DNA of 64,000 nt. Source: an uncultured Chloroflexia bacterium (GTDB lineage: Bacteria; Chloroflexota; Dehalococcoidia; UBA2979). The DNA is taken from positions 1,504,001 to 1,568,000 of the forward strand of contig CAVSIV010000006.1 of NCBI GenBank assembly GCA_963728205.1, written 5' to 3'. A program made the translations under genes and the position numbers. Below, one piece after another: positions 56,103 to 64,000 of this stretch (its first letter is position 1; each line of letters starts with the position of its first letter). The notes beneath the pieces were generated by a model. That model made no database searches. It was given only the letters and a program-made list of their open reading frames with translations, and was not told the origin of the DNA.

Positions 56103-57354
56103 TCAGGCGAGCGGGTCGACGTCGCCGCCCGCCACGGCGTCCGCCGCGGCAAGGAGCGCGGACGGGCGCGGCGGCGCGCTCTCGACGCGCAGCCACGCGA
56201 CGTACGCGGCGCCGCCGCCCGCGGCCAGCGCCGCGCCCAGCGCGAGGAACGCGCCGGGGAACGACGTCGTCGCGATCAGCCCCAGGGCCGGCAGCAGGCC
56301 GGCGAGCGCGATCGTCCGGCCGAGCTGCGGGACCGAGAGCGCCGTCGCGCGGACCTCGGACGGCACGCGCGCGTTGAGGTAGTCGAACAGCAGCGGCCGC
56401 GCGAGGGCGCCGAGGAATGCGAGCAGCGCGAAGCCGACCACGGCGGCCAGGTGGTCGACGCCGCCCATCACGCAGAGCGTCGCAGCGGCGCCGAGCACGA
56501 TCGCGCCGAACGCGAACCGCCCGCCCAGGCGGCGCTGCACCCACGACGCCGACAGCGATCCGCCGATCGCGAGCAGCCGGATCGGCAGCACGACGACGGC
56601 GAACGCCGCGATCGGCACGCTGTGCCGGACGAGGAACGGCTGCAACAGCAGCATGCCGGGGGCCATCACGGCGGCGAACGACACCGAGAGCAGCACGAGC
56701 CGCCAGGACGCCGGGTCGGCGCGCAGCACGCGGAGCCCGCCACGCAGCGCCTGCGCGTAGCCGCTGCGCCCGCGCGCCGCCGCGCTCGCCGGCGGCTCCG
56801 CGAGCGCCAGCACGAGCGGCACGGCGGCGAGATGCGCGACGCCGCCGAGCACGATCGGCGCGGCGAGCCCGAGCGGCGCGGCAATCAGCGGGCCCACGAC
56901 CGCGCCCGCGAGCGCGGCGGTGTTGAGCGCCGCGTTCAGCCGGCCGTAGCGGTCGGCGAACTCGCCGCCGCGTCCGTCGCTCTCCAGCAGGTCGAAGAGG
57001 TACGCGCCGTCGTTGCCGCTGTAGAACGCGATGCCGCTCGCCCACAGCACGTACGACGCGAGCAGCAGCCCGAAGTTGCCCGCGAGCCCGAACACCACGA
57101 GCCCGAGCGCCCTGCACGACGTTCGCCACGACGAACGTCAGTCGCCGCCCGAAGCGATCCGAGAAGGCGCCCGCCGGCACCTCCGCAGCGATCGCCACCG
57201 CCCAGAAGAACGTCTCCAGGATGCCCACCTGCGCCAGCGTCAGGTGGCGCAGGTCCGTCAGGTAGACGACCCACACTGCGGCGTGCGGCGCGAAGCCGCC
57301 GACCAGTGTCGCGGCGACGAGGATGCGCAGGTTGCGATCGACGCGGAGCGGCAT
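56103..57354 (-). CDS. MFS transporter (+1 frameshift near 57111)
   Basis: EVPAGAFSDRFGRR, SG.D.A.LFD, PSEVRATALS; an extra G in a GGG run splits the frame. Confidence 0.8.
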
Positions 57355-57426
57355 GGCGGTGGCGTCTCCTCGGATCAGCGGGGCGGCAGCGTACCAGCAC
57401 CGAACCCTGTACAACGGGTCCCCATG

Positions 57427-57460
57427 CCGCGGAGAACGGCCACGCGTCGGCGGGCCGAGG
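57427..57460 (+). repeat. Repeat family C, copy 3
   Basis: CCGCGGAGAACGGCCACGCGTCGGCGGGCCGAGG. Confidence 0.65.
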
Positions 57461-57519
57461 ATTACGGGCCAGCCGGTGATCCCACCGGCCCACCGCGGGC
57501 CTGGAGAAGGGAACGAACC

Positions 57520-57891
57520 ATGCCACTGCACATCCGGAAATCGGACGCAGGCGGGTCGGTGGAGCGCACCGGCCAGCCGATCTTCGAGGGCCAGGTCTGG
57601 GCGCGCGAGCTGATCGAGAGCGGCGCCAGCCGCGACTTCAGCGCGAGCGTCGTCCAGTTCGCGCCGGGCGCGCGGGCGAAGCCGCACCGCCACACGTCGG
57701 ACCAGTTGCTCTACGTCGTGGCCGGCATCGGCAAGGTCGGCGACGCCGACGGCGAGCACGTGATCAGCGCCGGCGACGCCGTGCTGATCCCCGCGGACAC
57801 GGATCACTGGCACGGCGCCGGCGACACGACATCGCCCATGACGCACATCTCGTTCCTGCGCTCGGACAGTCAAACCACCGTGGGGGAGTAG
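57520..57891 (+). CDS. Cupin domain protein
   Basis: VQFAPGAR..PHRH..DQLL, GD.V.IP....HWHGA. Confidence 0.88.
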   Translation: MPLHIRKSDAGGSVERTGQPIFEGQVWARELIESGASRDFSASVVQFAPGARAKPHRHTSDQLLYVVAGIGKVGDADGEHVISAGDAVLIPADTDHWHGAGDTTSPMTHISFLRSDSQTTVGE

Positions 57892-57934
57892 CCGCGGGCG
57901 CGTCGGTGGCGTAGCCTCGAATGAGCACACAATT

Positions 57935-58228
57935 GTGACCACACCGGAGACGACGATGGAGCAAATCGGCGTCCGCGATCTCAAGGAGCGCGCGTCGGAG
58001 ATCCTGCGGCGCGTGCGCGAGGAGGGAGCGTCGTACGCCGTGACCTACCACGGGAAGGTGATCGCGCGGCTCGAACCCGAGCCGGACGAGGAGACGCGCC
58101 GGCGTCACGCGGGCGAGGCGCTGGCGCGGCTGGAGGCGACCCGCAAGGAGATCGCGAAGCACCTGCTGCCGGGGGCGTCGGCGGTTGAGCTGATCCGCGA
58201 AGGACGCGATCGGCTCGACCACATCTAG
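57935..58228 (+). CDS. Phd/YefM family antitoxin
   Basis: IGVRDLKERASEILRRV, VTYHGKVIARLEP; palindrome CACAATTGTG at 57928-57937. Confidence 0.88.
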   Translation: MTTPETTMEQIGVRDLKERASEILRRVREEGASYAVTYHGKVIARLEPEPDEETRRRHAGEALARLEATRKEIAKHLLPGASAVELIREGRDRLDHI

Positions 58229-58230
58229 TC

Positions 58231-58644
58231 ATGTTCGTCGTCGACGCCAGCGTCTGGGTCGGGTACTTCGTCCCGGGGGACGGCTTTGGCGAGCCATCTC
58301 ATTCGTGGCTGGTCGACGTCCTCGCGCGCGCCGAGACGTTGCACGTGCCCGCGCTGGCGTTGGCGGAGGTCGCGGGTGCGGTGAGACGGCGGACGGGTGC
58401 TGCCCCGCTCGCCGAGCGCGCGGTCGGTGACCTGCGCTTCCTGGTTGGCGACGCGCTCCACGCCGTCGACGCCCACCTCGTCGAGGCTGCCGCCGCGCTC
58501 GCAGCCGAGACGGGCCTGCCCGGCGCCGACGCCGTCTACGTCGCGCTCGCCGTCGTCCTCGACCTGCCGCTCATCACCTGGGACGTCCGTCAGCTCGCCG
58601 TCGCCGGATCGCGCGGGCGCACGCCGCTGGACGCCGCCACGTAG
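58231..58644 (+). CDS. vapC: VapC/PIN toxin
   Basis: VVDASVWV, LAEV, ADAVYVALA, LITWD. Confidence 0.88.
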   Translation: MFVVDASVWVGYFVPGDGFGEPSHSWLVDVLARAETLHVPALALAEVAGAVRRRTGAAPLAERAVGDLRFLVGDALHAVDAHLVEAAAALAAETGLPGADAVYVALAVVLDLPLITWDVRQLAVAGSRGRTPLDAAT

Positions 58645-58648
58645 CTCG

Positions 58649-59897
58649 CTACCGCACCGCCCCCTGCGCGCGCGACATCAGGTAGCGCCGCAGCAGCGAC
58701 AGCGACTGCAGCACCGCGCGCCGCTTGGCCGCCTCGCGGCCCTGGTAGTAGCGGTGCGTCGCGTACTCGATGCCTTCGCCGTCGAAGAGCGCGATGTGCA
58801 TCGTCCCGGGCGGCTGCCCCTCAATCTCCTCGCCACCGGCGATGCCGGTGATGCCGAGCCCGAGGTCGGCGTGCAGCCGCTCGCGCGCGACCTTCGCCAT
58901 CGCCTCTGCCGTCTCGCGCGAGATCACGCCGTGCATCGTGATGATCTCGGGTGGCACCCCGACCTCGATCTTCGACGCCGCGGTGTAGGCGATGAGCGAG
59001 CCCTGGAAGTAGTTCGACGCGCCGTCGTTGTCGGTGAGCGCGTTCGCGATCGAGCCGCCGGTGGCAGACTCCATCAGGGCGAGGGTCAGACCCTGCTGCT
59101 CGAGCATCTGGCCGATGGCGCCGGCCAGCGAGTCCTCGTCGGTCCCCCAGAATCGACGGGCCGAGGATGCGCCGCGCCTCCTCCTCGACGGGCTCGATCA
59201 GGTGCCAGGCCTCCTCGCGCGTCGCCGCCTTCGCCGAGATGCGCGCGTGCACGCCATCGGCGCGCGCGTAGATGCCAATCGACGGGTTCGTCCCCTTGAG
59301 CAGCGGCGAGAGCATCTCGTCGACCGAGCCCTCGCCGATGCCGGTGGTCTTCAGCGTGCGGGAGACGAGGATCGAGTCCGCGCGGCGCTCGAGCTCCGGC
59401 ACAATCTCGTGCTCCCACATCCGCGTCATCTCCTGCGGCGGCCCGGGCATCACCGCGATCACCTTGCCGTCGCGCTCGACCCACCAGCCGGGCGCGGTGC
59501 CGCGCGGGTTGGGGATGGCGCGGGCCGAGGGGATGAGCATCGCCTGCTTGAGGTTGCGCTCGGGCATCGCCGCCGCGCCGCGGTTGGCGAAGAACGAGCG
59601 CACGACGCGCTCCTGCTCCTCGTCGATGTAGAGCTCCTCGCCGAGCACCTTCGCGATGGTCTCGCGGGTGAGGTCGTCCTCGGTCGGGCCGAGCCCGCCG
59701 GTGCAAAACACGAAGTCGGAGCGGTCCCACGCGCGGCCCATCACCTCCTGCAGGCGCGCCGGGTTGTCGCCGACCTGCGAGACGTACAGGAGGTCGATGC
59801 CGAACTGCGGCATGGCCGATGCGATGTAGGCCGCGTTGGTATCCGTGATCTCGCCGAGCAGGATCTCGGTGCCGATCGAGACGATCTCAGCGCGCAT
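58649..59897 (-). CDS. cinA: CinA-like protein (MoCF domain plus NMN deamidase; +1 frameshift near 59151)
   Basis: IGTEILLGEITDTN, GGLGPTEDDLT, GTAPG, PGPP.EM; then ESATGG, GITGIAG, PGT in the next frame. Confidence 0.88.
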
Positions 59898-59972
59898 GCC
59901 GTCGCTCCTCCTCCGCGCGTTTGGTTGGCGCCCGGGAGCATAACGCGGGCACGCGCCGCCGGCCCATCCGGC

Positions 59973-60278
59973 AGGCGCCTCCGCGCCGCCCGCAAGCGGA
60001 GGCAGACACGCCGCCGACATCGCCGCGCTCGCAAGCGCGACCAAGCGCGCGCCTCCGCGCCGCCCGCAGCGGCGGCAGACACGCCGCCGACATCGCCGCG
60101 CCCGCAAGGGCGCGACCGAGCGCGCGCCTCCGCGCCGCCGCCCGCAAGCGGCGGCAGACACGCCGCCGACATCGCCGCGCCCGCAAGGGCGCGACCGAGC
60201 GCGCGCCTCCGCGCCGCCGCCCGCAAGCGGCGGCAGACACGCCGCCGACATCGCCGCGCCCGCAAGGGCGCGACCGAG
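59973..60278 (+). repeat. Tandem array of ~4 units (75-79 bp) containing the family B hairpin
   Basis: CGCGACC recurs at 60036, 60111, 60190 and 60269; each unit has GGCAGACACGCCGCCGACA and GCAA-loop hairpins. Confidence 0.9.
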
Positions 60279-60288
60279 TGCGATGCGA

Positions 60289-61740
60289 TTACCCCAGGCT
60301 CGTGAGGTACGTGTGCAACCAGGTCGCCGCGCGCTTGCCGTCGGCGATCGCCGTCACCACCAGGTCCGCGCCGTTCACGACGTCGCCGCCGGCGAAGATG
60401 TACGGCACGTTCGTCTGGCCCGTGCGCTGATCCACCTTCACGAGGTTCCACTGGTTGACCTCGATCGGCGCCTGTTGCGCAAAGTCCGGGTCGGCGTTGT
60501 AGCCGATCGCGATCACGACGCAGGTCGCCGGGATCGTGTACTCGGAATCCGGAACCGGCACGGGGCGGCGCCGGCCGCTCTCGTCCGGCTCGCTCAGCTC
60601 CATGCGCACGAGCTGCACCCCGGCGATGTGGCCGGCGTCGTCGCCGACGAAGCGCGTCGGCGTCGTGAGGTAGGCGAAGTGCACGCCCTCCTCGCGGGCG
60701 TGGGTTCGCTCCTCGGCGCGCCCGAGCATCTCCTTCTCGGTGCGCCGGTAGACACACGTGACCTGCCGTGCGCCGAGGCGAATCGCCGTGCGCACGCAGT
60801 CCATCGACGTGTCGCCGCCGCCGATCACGACGACGTCGGTGCCGACCTCGGGACGCCCGCGCAGGCCCTCGGGCAGCTCACGCTCGCTGAGGTTGCCGCG
60901 CACCAGGAAGTCGGTCGCCTGGTAGACGTTCTCGAGATCCTCGCCCTCGACGCGGAGCTGGTTTCCCACGCCGGCGCCGGTGCCGACGAAGACCACGTCG
61001 AACCCCTCGTCGTCGTGGAGTTGCTGTAGCGAGACGTGCTCGCCGACGCGCGTGTTGTTGCGGAACTCCACGCCCATGCGGCGGAGCATCTCGAGCTTCT
61101 CCTCGAGGATCTCCTTGCGCATCTTGAAGTTCGGAATGCCGTAGCGCAGGACCCCGCCCGGCTCCGGCCACATGTCGAAGACCGTGCAGCGGTGCCCGCG
61201 CTCCGCGAGCTCCTGCGCGACCGTCAGCCCGGCCGGCCCGCTGCCGATGATCGCGATGCTGCGCCCCGTCGACGGCGCGACGAACGGCACGGGGAACCCG
61301 CCCAGCTCGCGCCGCTGCGTATCGGTGACGAACGACTCCAGCCGGCCGATGGCGACCGGCGGCTGCTTCGCCCCGTCCGGCCGCAGCGCGAAGCCGACCA
61401 CGCACGCGCCCTCGCAGAGCGACTCCTGCGGGCAGAGCCGGCCGCACATCTCCGGAAGCGTCGACGTCTCGCGGAACTTCGCCGCCGCGCCCAGCGGGTC
61501 GCCCGCGTCGAGCAGCATCAGCGCCGACGGGATGTCGTTGTGCACGGGACACGCGTCCATGCATGGCGCCGAGGGGCAGTCGAGGCAGCGTGCCGCCTCG
61601 ATGATGGCGGCGTCGAGGTCGAGCCGCAGGTATGTCTCGTCGAAGTTGCGGACGCGGTCGGTCGGCGCCTGCTTCGGGACGTGCTGGCGCGGGATGCTCA
61701 GGCGGTTGCGGATGGCCTCGGTACGTTCGTTCGTCGTCAT
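60289..61740 (-). CDS. GltD/SudA-like NAD(P)H flavoprotein oxidoreductase
   Basis: EAARCLDC...PC...CP, CGRLCPQE.LCE, GSGPAG, GGGDTSMDC, AGGD; no gltB in window. Confidence 0.88.
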   Translation of the reverse strand: MTTNERTEAIRNRLSIPRQHVPKQAPTDRVRNFDETYLRLDLDAAIIEAARCLDCPSAPCMDACPVHNDIPSALMLLDAGDPLGAAAKFRETSTLPEMCGRLCPQESLCEGACVVGFALRPDGAKQPPVAIGRLESFVTDTQRRELGGFPVPFVAPSTGRSIAIIGSGPAGLTVAQELAERGHRCTVFDMWPEPGGVLRYGIPNFKMRKEILEEKLEMLRRMGVEFRNNTRVGEHVSLQQLHDDEGFDVVFVGTGAGVGNQLRVEGEDLENVYQATDFLVRGNLSERELPEGLRGRPEVGTDVVVIGGGDTSMDCVRTAIRLGARQVTCVYRRTEKEMLGRAEERTHAREEGVHFAYLTTPTRFVGDDAGHIAGVQLVRMELSEPDESGRRRPVPVPDSEYTIPATCVVIAIGYNADPDFAQQAPIEVNQWNLVKVDQRTGQTNVPYIFAGGDVVNGADLVVTAIADGKRAATWLHTYLTSLG

Positions 61741-61800
61741 GGTGGGTCTCCCCGGTCGTGCGCGGAGGTTACCAGACCGCCGGGCGCGCAAGCGGCGCGC

Positions 61801-62280
61801 TCAGCGGGCGAGGAGGCGGCGCGCCTCGCGCAGCGCGGACTCAGCCTGGCGCAGCGCGGAGTGTACGTAGTCGTGCCCGTTCGCGGCGCCGCGCCCGGCG
61901 ATCGCGAGGGGGCGGTCCAGCACGTCGCCCGCCCCCTCCAGCGCGGCGGCCGCGGCGTCGACCCCGGCGGCGAGGTGCTCGCGTAGCGGGCGCAGCCGCA
62001 GCTGCTGCGCCGCGAACATCGCCTCGCCGCGGAAGCGACGCAGGTGCAGCGGATCCGACGCGCCGGCGCGCAGCTGATCGAGGACGTGCGGCAGCTCGAC
62101 GTCGAACGCGGCCAACGCGGCGAGGTCGTGGCGCAGCGTCCACCCGGGCCGCTCCAGCGCGGCGCCCAGCCGCGTCTCCGGCAGGTCCTCGAGCAGCGCG
62201 ACGAGCTCCGCGCGCAGCGCGCGCAGGCGGCGCGCGGCCTCGGCGGCGTCGAGCGGACCGTGTGCCTCGTGGTCGGCCAT
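61801..62280 (-). CDS. DinB/MDMPI-N-like helical protein
   Basis: PGWTLRHDLAALA resembles the GWTxxDxxAHL signature but lacks its His. Confidence 0.5.
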   Translation of the reverse strand: MADHEAHGPLDAAEAARRLRALRAELVALLEDLPETRLGAALERPGWTLRHDLAALAAFDVELPHVLDQLRAGASDPLHLRRFRGEAMFAAQQLRLRPLREHLAAGVDAAAAALEGAGDVLDRPLAIAGRGAANGHDYVHSALRQAESALREARRLLAR

Positions 62281-62376
62281 GCGTGCGCTCCCGGCAGCTT
62301 CCGCGGGCGTGCGCCCGCAGCGGAGGGGTAGGATCGCCCGAATCGCGGGAGTGTGCGAGTGCCGGTGCGAGACCCG

Positions 62377-62760
62377 ATGGCGTCCCTGAAGCGCAGCGCG
62401 CGCCGCGCGCTGACGCTGGCGCTGCTGACGGCGCTCGCGCTGGCACCGGTTGCGTGCGTCTTCGGCGGTGGGTCGCACTCCGCGGAGCTGGCACAGCCGT
62501 CGGCGCTCTGGGCGGCCCCCGCGCACTACGAGAACAAGCTCGTGCGCACGACCGGCGTCGTGGAGGGCTTCCTGCTCGGGACGTCGAACGAGCACTACGT
62601 CGTCGAAGACGCCGCGCCACACCGCGTCCAGCTGCTCGACGTCGATCACGCGCGGCTCGCCGCGATGGCCGGGAAGCGCGTCGCGGTCGTCGGCACGTTC
62701 CACTTCAGCGACACGCGCGGTTACACGATCGACGTGCAGTCGATCAGCGTCGTCGGGTAG
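62377..62760 (+). CDS. Putative lipoprotein, OB-fold-like
   Basis: Signal peptide ending PVAC; P..YENKLVRTTGVV, GKRV.VVGTF. Confidence 0.6.
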   Translation: MASLKRSARRALTLALLTALALAPVACVFGGGSHSAELAQPSALWAAPAHYENKLVRTTGVVEGFLLGTSNEHYVVEDAAPHRVQLLDVDHARLAAMAGKRVAVVGTFHFSDTRGYTIDVQSISVVG

Positions 62761-62873
62761 CCCGCCCGGCCACCGTGATCTTGCCCCCGCTCGTGGCCCC
62801 GCGTGCTCTGGTATTGTGGCGCGACCCCGAGCGAGGCGACGTAACGAGAGAGCGGGCCGCCGTGCAGGAACCG

Positions 62874-63851
62874 ATGGGACGCGAGTCGGCGACCGCCGAG
62901 ATCGCGGCGATCCACGCGGCTGCGGCGCGCATCCGCGAGAACGTCGACCGGGTCATCGTGGGCGCCGACGAGCCGGTGACGCTCGTGCTGGTCGCGCTGC
63001 TCACGGGCGGCCACGTCCTGCTCGAGGACGTGCCCGGCACCGGCAAGACGACGATGGCGCGCGCGTTCGCGGCCTCCATCGGCGCGCAGTTCCACCGCAT
63101 CCAGTTCACGCCGGACCTGATGCCGTCGGACATCGTCGGCATCAACTTCTTCTCCCAGAAGACGAGCGAGTTCGAGTTCCGCCCCGGTCCGCTCTTCGCG
63201 AACATCGTGCTGGCCGACGAAGTGAACCGCGCGACGCCGCGCACGCAGTCGGCACTGCTCGAGGCGATGGAGGAGCGGACGATCACGGTCGAGGGCGAGA
63301 CGCACCGGCTGCCGGCGCCGTTCGTCGTGCTCGCGACGCAGAACCCGGTCGAGCTCGAGGGCACGTTCCCGCTGCCCGAGGCGCAGCTCGACCGCTTCCT
63401 GGTGCGCCTCAAGGTCGGCTACCCGAGCGAGGACGGCGAGGTCGAGGTGCTGCGCCGCTTCGAGCAGCGCTCGCCGCTCGACGCGCTGACGCCGGCCGTG
63501 CAGGCCGAGGAGCTCGTGTCGCTCGCGGCGGCACTGCCGCGCGTGCACGTCGAGGACGAGCTCGCGCGCTACGTCGTGCGGCTGTGCCGCGCGACGCGCG
63601 AGCACGACGCCTTCGAGCTCGGCGCGAGCCCGCGCGCCTCGCTCGCGCTCTTCCGCGCGGCGCGCGCGTACGCGGCGATCGACGGCCGCGACTACGTGCG
63701 GCCGGACGACATCAAGCGGCTCGCGCACGCCGTGCTCGCGCACCGGCTCGTGCTGTCGTCGAACACGCGCCTGCGCGGACGCACGTCGGACGACGTGCTC
63801 GACGAGATCCTCGCGGACGTGCCGGTGCCGGTCGCCGACGCCGTCTCGTGA
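62874..63851 (+). CDS. moxR: MoxR family AAA+ ATPase
   Basis: GHVLLEDVPGTGKT, RIQFTPDLMPSD, DEVNRATPRTQSALLEAM, LPEAQLDRF, GASPRA. Confidence 0.93.
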   Translation: MGRESATAEIAAIHAAAARIRENVDRVIVGADEPVTLVLVALLTGGHVLLEDVPGTGKTTMARAFAASIGAQFHRIQFTPDLMPSDIVGINFFSQKTSEFEFRPGPLFANIVLADEVNRATPRTQSALLEAMEERTITVEGETHRLPAPFVVLATQNPVELEGTFPLPEAQLDRFLVRLKVGYPSEDGEVEVLRRFEQRSPLDALTPAVQAEELVSLAAALPRVHVEDELARYVVRLCRATREHDAFELGASPRASLALFRAARAYAAIDGRDYVRPDDIKRLAHAVLAHRLVLSSNTRLRGRTSDDVLDEILADVPVPVADAVS

Positions 63852-63887
63852 GCGCGCGGGTCGTTCGCGGCCCCCGGGGCTGAGGCC

Positions 63888-64000
63888 ATGCGCACGCTGA
63901 TCGCCGAGTCCTGGCTGTTCGCCTCGTCGGTGCTGGTCGCGCTGGGCATGGTCACGGGCTCCGTCGTGATCGTCTCGCTCGGCATCCTGCTGCTCGGCAC
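63888..64000 (+). CDS. Partial membrane protein, probably the DUF58 partner of MoxR (runs off the window)
   Basis: MRTLIAESWLFASSVLVALG... hydrophobic N-terminus directly after moxR; the call rests on usual gene order. Confidence 0.45.
   Translation, partial: MRTLIAESWLFASSVLVALGMVTGSVVIVSLGILLLG

Noticed and set aside
59973-60278. CRISPR array or N-terminal repeat extension of CinA
   Set aside because: No unique spacers; CinA starts at 59897 with its own RBS (GGAGGAG).
1-64000. Numerous long Arg/Ala/Pro-rich overlapping and antisense ORFs in the track
   Set aside because: Shadow frames expected at very high GC; they overlap motif-supported genes and lack family signatures.

Overview
Very GC-rich, gene-dense bacterial window with about 65 CDS. 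The gene content (many SDRs and enoyl-CoA hydratases, F420-type PPOX and LLM enzymes, ETF plus a FadF/EtfD-type oxidoreductase, CinA) suggests Dehalococcoidia-like Chloroflexota, but that is inference only. No rRNA, tRNA, CRISPR array, integrase or transposase was recognised. Several conserved genes carry single-base indels that look like read or assembly errors. Most notable: (1) a three-gene locus (26852-30619) encoding a SipW-type signal peptidase fused to a large membrane-anchored domain, plus two secreted proteins sharing an N-terminal NxVPxSxAGE motif, a candidate uncharacterised TasA-like fibre/pilus system; (2) two tandem ~50-aa paralogous micro-ORFs (12137-12537), one absent from the ORF track, between a strong operator-bearing promoter and a DrrAB-type exporter; (3) an AhpD-like gene with an in-frame TGA in a CxxU motif followed by a SECIS-like hairpin; (4) two active/inactive SDR gene pairs; (5) a ligand-less Rieske-like protein and a doubly degenerate ferric-reductase-TM/GGDEF fusion; (6) three families of dispersed intergenic repeats, one with compensatory base changes, two of which have also expanded into ~80-bp tandem arrays; (7) an orphan NorQ/CbbQ plus NorD/CbbO-like chaperone pair. 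All family assignments come from motif recognition by eye; no searches were run.
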